A DNA stretch of 59,154 nucleotides, counting the filler, from Basidiobolus ranarum (Eukaryota): the NCBI GenBank assembly GCA_040143965.1. It is 5 parts of 5 records of this genome, joined end to end, with 100 filler letters (N's around TTAATTAATTAA, not from the genome) between each part and the next. Parts side by side here need not be neighbours in the genome. Positions count along the whole stretch, not along the records: positions 47,443 to 59,154 come from JASJQH010000592.1; 4 more parts are not named here. The stretch is one strand, 5' to 3'. This document shows, piece by piece, positions 48,687 to 59,154 of this stretch; positions within the stretch are counted from its first letter, which is position 1, and each line of letters begins with the position of its first letter. Position numbers and translations under genes: made by a program. The notes under the pieces are model-generated. The model was given only the letters and a program-made list of their open reading frames with translations, did not search any database and was not told where the DNA came from.

Positions 48687-49412
48687 GTACTAAACCTCAC
48701 CAATTCCTTTCTGGTAGGTAGAGGAGTATATGTGCCATAATACTTTACGTATATATCACTATATTTGATAGAATTGTCTAGCAAACTCCAGTGTATTTTA
48801 TAAACCACTAGTGTGTAAAAATATCCAAAAATTGTTTGGTTCAGGATCAATGAATACTAAATATATCTTACCAACCCTCGTCCATATTCATCTTTAAATG
48901 TCATTTTCACTAGGAATAATGATTGAATACATTTTTGAGATTCAAACAGTAATCAGCAAGAGTCCGCTATGAGTTTTTTGTGACTTGTTGGAGTCCAACG
49001 TGAAATATGTTGAATGAATCTGCTATGATGGTACATTTATTTCACGGTAAGATGTATTCAATATAGATTGAAGATTGCCACTATGTTCTACCAAACTCCA
49101 TTTCTTAAACACATGGAAGAATCTTTAAAGTCGTGGAGCCGGAGGAAGATTGGAAAAGGAAGGTTGTAAAAAAAGTGAATAATAGTAAAAAGGGTCCGTT
49201 ATCAAAGTTTGAAAAGAAAGCAAAATAAATCCCAATTCAACTGGAAGAGAATGTTACTCTTGCAACTATAGTCCCGAGACGTGGATATCGATTTCAATGA
49301 AATAAATGAAAATTCTGGGGGAAGATTGGTGGTGGATGTTAGATAATACGAAGTGTCTGTTAAAAAAACAAATGTAACTGTTCATTGGAATATGCAGGTT
49401 TCATCCAAAGGA

Positions 49413-50392
49413 TTATTCACTCTCGTTGAGTTTCTCTGGAGTAGGAGGATCTAGTGAAGTGATGGGTGGGTGGTTCTTCTCACAGAAGTCAACATGCGCC
49501 TGCAAGTTGAAAACTCGAGATTGTAGCGTCTCCACTTCATCATCTAAATTGACAATCAGCTGGTCGGACTCTGAGTTGACAGCAATTTTAATCTTTAAAT
49601 TCTGCAGCATTTGGGACGCTAATAGAATGAAATACCTTTGATATTTCCTTTCAGTTCATCTATCAATTTCTTTTGCATAGCAATCTCCAATTCATACTGC
49701 GCTACACGACCTTGGCATAACCGCTTGCCTAGTTCTTCATTTTCATGTTGTAGACTGCGACATTTGGCCAACAATCGTTTTCCTGTTAAACTATATAGAG
49801 ATGGTATCAACAAATGGTGGATAAAGTATGAAACATGGTATAGAGTAATACCTTGATGGAGTGAAGTTAACCGCTTCTAATTCCTCAGTTAATTGCTTTA
49901 TCTTGGCCTCTTTTTTTCCTAGTTCCTTCTTCATCAAAACAAACAAAGCATTGATAGCAGGATCTAGTAACTTTCTTCTCATATCATGAGTCTCAGGATT
50001 AAGATTCTGAGCGAGAGATTTAACTTCTCCCTAATAAATTAAATAAAACGTGTTAATTAAATGAGATACAATAAAGTCTATGAGTATAGGAGTACCAAGA
50101 GTAGTTGCATGTCTTCTTCTTTCTTGGCTAATTTGATGCTTCTATTAGGATCATCTTCAGTGAGTGGTTTTCTATGCTCTACAGCTTCAGATGTTCCAGA
50201 AGGCGTATTTTCTGCTAGCCTATTTCCGGTCGTTAATGTCATGTATGGTTCTGTGTGTTGGTCCTGTTTCGGGCCACAACGCTATACGATGCAGGGAGGG
50301 GAAGGGATTATCACTAAGATACAATGGATGAACCACATTAAGAGCGAGTAAATACCCTTTTATATTCGAGATTCTGTAAAACTTCCAAGTCT
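49413..50392 (-). CDS. WTAP: WTAP/Fl(2)d/Mum2 homolog (m6A writer adaptor), multi-exon; start codon not located
   Basis: KLAKKEEDMQ; RRKLLDPAINALFVLMKKEL; EELEAVNFTPSSLTGKRLLAKCRSLQHENEELG; GRVAQYELEIAMQKK; LDDEVETLQS. Confidence 0.9.
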
Positions 50393-51728
50393 GTAGAGAG
50401 ATAAAAGAATCAGTTGTAAAGATAAAATGATATTAGCTAAGATCGTATAAAACAGAAAAAAAACACGTAGAAAATAACCCAAGTTGATTTATGAAAAGAA
50501 GTAGTTGACGACAATGAAGGCCCAACAATAAGGGAACGTTTAAAGATAAAAATTCAAGGACCTGTTTGTAACGTAACAGAGCGAGTTCTTTTTCGAACAG
50601 ACTTGTCGGAAGACATTGATATCAGAAAAAGCCCACCATTCCAATCTATATTTTACCCAACAAATTTCCATGATTTTATTCGATTGGTGCTGATTTTGCG
50701 ATGTTGTTATTGGTGAGATATGATTTGAAATATTTGGTAACAACAAGTGATCTAATACTTGGACTTTGAATGATTGAGCTGAACATTGGCGATCTGTCAG
50801 GTACAGATTACAAGAAAGTCCTATGCGTGCTATTTTGATTTGGAAAATCTCATCGTCTTGAGGTCATTCTGCTAGCTAACGTCAAGGAGGCTCTACCAAA
50901 CATGGCTAGATATTCAAGGATAGTTCAGTTTCTATACGGAATGTTCGTAGTAGTAGGCCATAGAGATATGAATATCCGACGTCACGTGCTGGCGCCACAC
51001 CTGTAGCAGTCATTAGCCAACTAACTGGTCTAACTCTTTGAAAATGGGCAGCATTACCAAGAATAGTGATGGAGATATTGTTACTAGATTTGTGGAAAGT
51101 CTTTTCAATGTTTGTCTTACAGCTCATCGAGGTACAAGTCCTATTTTTAAATATTCTCGCGAGTTTGTTGCTTAGATCAAGTGAACAAAAGCCATGAAGA
51201 TCTTGTGAGAAACGCAATTGTGCCACAGGTTAGCCCGTGATAGTTTGACGACAACAAGAGGCGGTTTGCCACCTATATATAGCCAAGGACACTTCCAAGC
51301 GCTCGTTTATATAATGAGCATTTATATAGAATCCCAATTTAGTATATCCTAAGTTCACTGGATTGATTTGTGGAAACATAGATGAACATTCCATAGGTTG
51401 TCTTAATTTAAAGTTATCATTGAATGAATGAATTATCAAGTGGAAGGAGATTAATAGCTAGTCATTCTAAAACAGTGTACTTGATATAGGCAGCCCCTCC
51501 TTTATGTTGATACTTGAGGTTCCACGAAACTAATTCCTACCCCTCTAACTTCGACTTGTTTCGAAACTTGCAAGCGTGTGTAAAGTTATATATTATCGAG
51601 AACTGCTTGTTTGCTGCGCAGTTTAATTTCTCTGAACGTCCAATAGCAACTCTCCTTACTCTAAGGGCCCGTTGATTTTTTACCTTATATTATCCGATTA
51701 CCTCCAGGTCCAACTGTACTTTATAGAG

Positions 51729-54700
51729 ATGGCAGATTATGAACTTGAAGACGAGTATTGTAGCGGCTGCGACTTGGTCATAAACGAAGGAAATGTCATC
51801 ACTTTTGACGATAAAGTTTGGCATGTCAAGTGGTAGAGTTTGTTCATTTAAGTCTCAGTCTGTGAGAAAGAATCCCCTTACTTCATATTCAACCTGTTTG
51901 TCTTTAGCTTTCGGTGCTCCAATTGTCGTTCTAGGTTTCAAACAAACTCTAACATATTAATCCTGAACCAAAACCCTATTTGTGAAGCGTGTTCGTATAC
52001 TTGTGAAGTATGTAAGAAGCAAATAGCTGACCAAGCAGTTTTACTAGGTAGATACCTCTGTTTTTTCTGGTTTCAATTGGTATACTGATTTAACTGTTCT
52101 TTCTACACCCACAGGGGACAAAAGCATTCAGGCCTTCCATCGAGCTTGCTTCAAGTGCTCTACGTGTCAGAAGTCTCTTGAGCCCACTCAATACACATTG
52201 ACTAAAGAGGTAAGAGAAATAGAGGGAACTTTAATTCGAGTAGAATTTTGATGGTTGATGATTTCGTCCAAAAGGGGCTTCAATGCTCGAATTGTTGTTT
52301 GAGAAACGATGCATCAAATGACAAGGCGACGGATACACCTCAACAAACGGTGGCCGATGTTAGTATCTCTTAATATATTCTTGATTCAATTCGAGTTTCA
52401 GGTTTCATACTCATTTAACTTGTTAATGTTTGGATAGTACTCCAATGTCCATTCATCTCACGCTAATGGCCAGATAAACCAATCCGAACTTGATCCAAAT
52501 ATCACCATTACATCCTCGCTACACCGTAGTCGACCGCATTTCAAACCTCCGACACGTAGCTCTTCCATCACAAAAAGACCTACCCGATCACACTCACTTC
52601 GTTCGCCTAATGGACAAAAAGTAAAACTTAAGAAACGGCAGTCAATGATGCCATCACGATCTTTCTCGGAACGCTATCTGGAAGAACGTGGACCACCCAC
52701 CCTTCCTCCCTTACCATTTTTGGAGGAATCCGTATCGGAAGAGAATCTAGGGCAAATAATTAGAGGAGTTAGGGATGCACACCTCAACAATGACGACACC
52801 GTGAAAACCGCTTGTGTGGAAGGATCTTCTGAGGCCTCTGTTGTGTCTGAGGAAGAAAAACACAGTGGAAATGGTCGCATCTCTCCACAAATTGAAACAG
52901 TAGTTAATGATGTAGAGTCTATCTCTCCTGATATTTCTTCCGAGTTGATCTCTTTAAAGGCATGTCTACGATGTACCCTTCTAAACAACATCTTGGCTCT
53001 TACTCAATCGCATCATTTATAGGCTCTAAATATCCAGCTAATAGAGCAACTCGAACAATTAAGAAAAGAACTTCTAAAAGAATGCGCACTACGCCAAGAC
53101 TTGGAGAAAAAATACCAAATATTGGAAACAGAACGAGACCTTCTGTCACACTCTCATGAAGAATGTACCAACCAGAAAAAAGAGAATGTTAATATGTATA
53201 GGATTCTATCGGATAATATCGAGCATCTGTCCATACAGAAGGAGGAAATGGAGACCGTGATCTACGAGCTTCAGGTGCAGAAAGAAAAACTTTATTCAGA
53301 TATTGATACTCTTTTGAGGAAGAAGCAAATAGAATTCAACAGGTAGAGCAACTCATTTGAAATCACAAGCATCCAAATTCCATATTGATTTGATACTTCC
53401 ACAGTTTATCAACATCGAACGAAAAAGTATGCGATCCTTATACCATTGTATCTAATGACTGCTTAGATTCGATAAAAGTCCCAGACCCTCTCGCCACCAT
53501 CACATCTCCTCTTGTAATGAGACCCCTACCTCCTTCCTTGAATTATGCTGCAAAAAAATCCAACAATGAGAAACTTAGCAGAAGATCCGCTGTGGTCAAT
53601 CAACACAATACTTCAGACAATTCAAATCTAAACCTTGCGATATCGTACGAGGACACGGGTTTGTCACCGGTAAACGGAGCTGAATGCCGACCTGTCAATG
53701 ATACCCTAGACATACCCATTTCAATCAAACCAGATGCCAAAAAAGAATCCAAAAAATTCAAATGGATGGGTGGTAATTCATCCAAGGCCAAGGGAAAACA
53801 CGGAAACGTTGGTGAGAAAGAATGTGGTAAATATATTCAAATATGCTAGATGGAATTAAGGTGTCATACATTAACAAGGGATCTGTTTTCGCGGTTTCTT
53901 AGATTTGGATAATACACAGATATCAACAAACAACCGGTTAAAATACAAAAAATCTAACATCAGTTCGCCAATTAACAACAAGGCACATACATTTACCATG
54001 TACACTTTTATTCGTCCTTTGAAGTGCGATCATTGTCGAGAGAAAATGTGGGGATTGCAAAACAAAGAGATGAAGTGCCAACGTAAGTCTCAGCCCATGC
54101 TTACATGTGTCGAGTATTTTTTTAAATCCGTTCATTTTCTAGTATGCGGGTTTCGAAGCCATGTTAAGTGCTCTAACTTGGTCATGCTTGATTGTCCAGG
54201 ACATGTTCAAACTGAAGCGGAACCTTCTGGGGGTTAGTATCACCTCACCAAGAGATTATATGATCTGTAGAATACTTATCCCTTCTCATTTTAGTCATCA
54301 ACATGTTTGGAAATGAGTTGGAGGATCAGTTGATATTGGAAGGAAGGGCGATTCCTCTGATAGTTGAACTATGTATTGATGCGGTGGAAAAGAGAGGTAG
54401 ATTTCCTAGCGACACATCTGAGTTTACGTGTCTATAATCATTTGAAACTGATAGAATATGCTATACAGGCATCATGTTGGAAGGAATATATCGTAAATCC
54501 GGGCCTACGTCACAAATGCGAGAGATTCAAAGCGCGCTGGCACGTGCCTCCAACGGGGAAGGACCATCTCCGGACTTGGAAGACCCTGACGAATTTACTG
54601 ATATTACGGCAGTTACTAGTATACTGAAGCAGTATTTCCGAGAACTTCCTGTTCCATTGCTTACTTACGATTCGTACAAAGATTTCATGGATGCCTTATG

Positions 54701-55201
54701 TAAGTCTTTTAAAGAAATAGTCGTGTGATCCAGTCAAGTACTCATATGATTTAACCGCAGATACAGATGTTGAGGAAGAGAGACTAACCCTATTCAAATA
54801 TACACTGAGTCTACTCCCCAAGGCCTATTATGATACCTTGAAATATTTGGTTATGCATTTGATCCGGTAATTATCGTCATATCCCCTATAATCTTTTACG
54901 CAATGGCGATTGAGTGAACTTGCATTGAATATTTAGGATACAGCAGTATGAATCAGTAAACTTGATGAGCATCAAAAATTTGGCAGTGGTTTTTGGACCC
55001 ACATTAATGCGAAACCCAGATCCTAGCCAAGAGTTTTACGATACCGCGGGCAAGAATGCAGTCGTGGAATATTTGTTGTGCTGTGCGGAGGATCTGTTCG
55101 AAGAAGAGTGTTCGCAACCACCCGCAACGGAGTATGATTACTTTTCACAAATACCCAACCATGATCAGAGCTTAGATAACCCGATCCCAAACATGGTGTG
55201 A
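51729..55201 (+). CDS. LIM-LIM / coiled-coil / C1 / RhoGAP protein (Rga-type), multi-exon
   Basis: LIM CSGC...WHVKCFRCSNC; second LIM; C1 HTF...CDHC...CQ.CGFRSHVKC...C; RhoGAP EGIYRKSG, LKQYFRELPVPLLTY, NLAVVFGPTL. Confidence 0.9.
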
Positions 55202-55560
55202 AAAATTCAGAAAGTAGTTACGAAGGATCCAGATTATTTGATTATTATCTTCACCTTCGAGCTGTCATTAAATTTTTTTATTTTACATAAGTTGCTGATA
55301 GATGCATAACGAATGATGTTCTTCCCCATTACATATTGATGATCTTCATTTTACTGTATCAAATCAATGGCATTCAGTAATCGCACGAATCATATTGTTG
55401 CTTAATAAAGGTGTATATATATTTAGCAGTGTAATGTATTGGAATGGCAAGCAACAGATTGGCAGGGGTATTGGCGGATTAGAGGGAGAGGGGAGAGAAT
55501 ATTCAACATGGGGTGGTAGGTACTAGGCAGTGGGAGACGAATTCAATGGAACATGGTACT

Positions 55561-56461
55561 TTACAGAAGATATGGGATGACGGCCTTTCTAGATTTTGGA
55601 TAGTTCAAGAAGGTAGTTTTGTACCATTGATGAATTTGTATCGCTCTAGGGATAAGATTGGATGCGGTACAAATAGCGAATAAGCTACCAGGAACGGATC
55701 GAGTAGCGATAGCGTAACCGGTCCATTCGATGATTTCAAAGAAGTAATGTGGACAGGAGATGAATTCGAATAGATGTCCATATGGTATTTTGTATTTACT
55801 CTGCTCTTTATCTTTACCAGATACGTAATTACTACGTAAATTCATTAAGGTATTATCCGCTAGGATATTACCAATGAGACCGAAGAAAAACATCGCCGTA
55901 CCCAGTAGAAATTCGAATGAGGTCAGGTATGTGTTGGGATAATATCCAAATATTGCTACCCATCGTCCATTCATGTACCCATTGCCAATGTTGAAAAAGA
56001 CCGCACTCATACAAGTGATGATTGGCATTGGTGAGCGGTAGGATGCTCGCCATACCGAAACGAATGAGCGATTAATATAGTGGGTTAACCACATGGCTAA
56101 GAATATGTAACTGGCTATAGTAGGCTGGGAATGTTGGGCTGAAGATGGCGTAAAGAAAGATAGGAGATACATCAGCGGAGACATTGCTTCCATAATCATC
56201 CAGCCAAGTTTCCCATTAATTTTACCCAAAGGAACGTTATTTGCGAGCATGCCTAAAGTAAAGAGTATGATAATTTAGTACATATTAATCACGTAAGCAT
56301 TGTGCTTGCTAATAGTTACCATATGGAGAAGTTAGTATACATGAGGCAACAATGACCACCACTGGAAACGCAACATAGCAATAAACTACCCGATTTAAAA
56401 GAGTGATTTCGGGGTCCTGAGAGTCATAGCGAGTGCTATTAGTGAAAAGATTAAATTCCAT
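55561..56461 (-). CDS. 3-oxo-5-alpha-steroid 4-dehydrogenase (SRD5A/DET2 family), 2 exons (56461-56320, 56252-55561)
   Basis: SPYG; GWMIME; HYINRS; FNIGNGYMN; YKIPYGHLFEFISCPHYFFEIIEWTG; NLIPRA; YPKSRKAVIPYLL. Confidence 0.92.
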
Positions 56462-58120
56462 GACTGCGAGCTTGGTGGATGTTTCTTAGAAGTCTGGTTG
56501 AAAAAACAGATGGGCTGTCACACAGATTTATATAACAAATGGTCACTGATCGAATGAATGCCATCAAGATCTAAACTGCCAGTGGGTCGACTCATAAATC
56601 GGATTAGAGTCCATAATGGCCATTCACACGCAGAGTAAATCTTAATGGTTGAGTCATCGTGATCGAAGTATTCCTCAGTGAACACCCGATGCTGATTCTC
56701 AGCAGCAAGTTCAGTCATCCATGTACCTCATGAGGATCGAAATCGACCAGAAGCCATTCGATTTCTACGCAATATGCATTCCATTATCCTCCATCCCCAC
56801 ATCTTACTTAATTTTGTTACTCCTGATTATGCATGTTCATACTATGATCTACTTGGAATCAGTGTTGAGAATATTCCAAGCAGGATGTCTGTAAAGGGAA
56901 CAGCTTGCCTCTGATTACAAACTGTATCTTACAGGTTAACCAACAGACCCTTTCCACCAGCATTATGCCCATACCATGGAAATCCGCTGATTAACCGGCA
57001 TTGTGATACAGTGGGAGCGTATGAAGACAATATATGCATCTTCCATTATCCGAGAATAGCCATAGTTATTGTCAGTATCTCAAGCAAATCTTGGAGCGAA
57101 CGTCTTATTGATTTAGTATCGAATACCACCAAATTACCAACAAATGCCCGCTACTTCGTTTGCAGAATTACCAATAGCTTTAAGCGTACATTCGGTGCCT
57201 CAAGATAGATTAGAGTGAAGATCGGTCTAAGGCAGATAATCTAATCCATCATTTACCAACAAGCAGCCATCAAGAGTTGGGTAACATCCACTTGCTTCAT
57301 TTCTAACCATATACCTAAATCAAGAAAGGAATGTTGGTTACACCATCCTGCTATGCCAAATCTGGTGTTTTTCCCATTAATCGATGGGATAAGCTAAATG
57401 AGGTGATGATGCACTGTAGCATGCAGCAATGGCCTTCTAAGCAGAGCAAATATATCTGGGACTGATCATGGCCATGTCATACCTATACCATACCCTTTGC
57501 ATGAATATCTCCATTGCCATCATGTACACTGCTTCCTAATGATCACAACAAATATGGATTACAACAGTGTTATGCGTGATTGTTTACTCTGCTATCATGT
57601 GATGTGTTATATGGTGAGAACACTATGTTGATGGAAGAGAACAGCTTCATCGATACAAGTCAGTTAAACGCTAAAATTTTGGCATTTATATAATCAACAG
57701 CTTCAATGTGCGTAAAATAATACTTAATTTACAAGGGCAAAGATTGTATCGTGAAGCATAGGATAATATAGCCCAGTGTAATATACACGTTGGATCTCCC
57801 CTCATCAGCGGTACTTTGGGAATGATAGAAGCTGTTATTCTGCCTCTTTCGCTGGAGAAGATGAACTTGGAGTAAAACAAAGTTGGATGAAGAAATAACA
57901 ATAGAATTCGGAGATATAAAGGTTGGCAGACGGAGGTAATATTTGCATCATGATGGCCAAAAGTGGGATTCCCAAATATACTGTTCCATAATATAATACA
58001 ATTTTCAATCAAATGGTAACCTTGCTTCGAGGCTTTACACCTACAACAATGAATTTACTTGAATGGTAGTAAATTGCTTTTGACAAATAGTCAGTGGGGT
58101 GACAAATATACGGTAAAGAA

Positions 58121-59154
58121 CTAAAAGCCATAGTACCCAGAATATAATGACGATGGTCCCCTCCTGCCTCCTCTATCCGCGCTATTATTTTCGGTCATGG
58201 GACCTGGCATTTCAAACGGAAGAAACGATTCTTCAGTCCAAATTCCCGTGTTAAGTTTGTTTTTCATGTGTGCACGTCCATATCCATTGTTCAGCCCTAC
58301 ATGCATGTGAGATTAGTCAGATTGTTCGAAAGAGAAGTGTTACATGTACTTACAGCTCAGAGAAGCACTGTCCAAGGAGCTGCTGTCGTGAGGAAGCCAA
58401 ATGCTATCTTTGGTGGTAGAAGAAAGAGAAAGATTTCGTTCGAGCGGGGTGCTAGAGTACCTTCGATGCTGATATGAGGATTGGTTGGTAGGTGGAGGTG
58501 GACACTTTTGCATATTTAGGCTGGTATACGTATTTCTCCGTTGGGTATTGGGTTCGAAGATGACACCAGCATCGAGATCAAAAAGGCTATAGCTTCGGTT
58601 GTCTCTGATTGGTCTCGAATCGGAGGCTGATGGAGACAAATTACTAGACATACGCCTAGGATAAATGTCATAAGACCCATTGGTTGCAAGTCCACCTGAA
58701 TTGAAGAAAGAGATTTGAGATGACTCTAAATAGTCTTTGAGGATCTGTTGTGCTCTAGGTAGTTTATGTACATCACGTCGTTCATATTTAAAACCAAAAG
58801 TACAATGGCCAGAATCATTTAAGCTGTGCATGCCGTGTAATGGCGATGCTTCTGTATTGGCGTTAAGCGATATATTGAGTTCGTGCTTGATTTTCCTGAC
58901 CAATTCTTGAAAATAGGGATTTTCAATGGAGTGGACGAGGGCTGGAGATGAAGGCAGATGCATGAAATACTCTTCAGTGACTACCTCCTGAAAATCAAAG
59001 TTTTTCTTAGTACAGACGAATTATGAGACGATCGGATAAATACTACTTACTGAGGGTTGTAAAGAGCTGCTATTCACGGGCTGCTCGTAGCTTCCATGAT
59101 GGACCCCAGAATCGTGCCTTGAGTGAGATCTGAGAGAGGGTGGTATAGAGTGTG
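58121..59154 (-). CDS. 3' portion of a multi-exon gene running off the window; possibly the C-terminus of a fungal multi-KH RNA-binding protein
   Basis: Open exons ~59154-59052, ~58987-58354 and ~58296-58121 joined by GT-AG introns; FGFKYERRDVHKLPRAQQILKDYL then a low-complexity tail. Family guess is weak. Confidence 0.6.

Overview
Eukaryotic, AT-rich genomic DNA with short GT-AG introns, most consistent with an early-diverging fungus (Basidiobolus/Zoopagomycota-like by gene content; inference only). Four 100-nt N gaps carry an artificial TTAATTAATTAA linker, so adjacency across them is not guaranteed. Recognisable genes: mitochondrial sulfide:quinone oxidoreductase; a secreted-protein cluster (one Cys-rich protein, two paralogous Thr-rich proteins flanking a CAP/SCP gene); two 1-Cys peroxiredoxin copies around a PAS-PAS gene; UCH deubiquitinase; ARFRP1/Arl3; XRCC4; a MurQ-type etherase with one intron; F-BAR-RhoGAP; a PHO84-type phosphate transporter; WTAP; LIM-C1-RhoGAP; steroid 5-alpha-reductase. 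Features not visible in the ORF track: an intron-hosted snR67/snR53-like C/D snoRNA pair; a long-TIR non-autonomous element in two copies flanking the phosphate transporter, one copy carrying a YcaC gene fragment (Pack-type candidate); a Crinkler-like PD-(D/E)xK pseudogene; a tRNA-Thr-derived insert inside a copia relic; and CpG-depleted copia, Tc1 and possible LINE relics. Exon boundaries were read by eye and are approximate.
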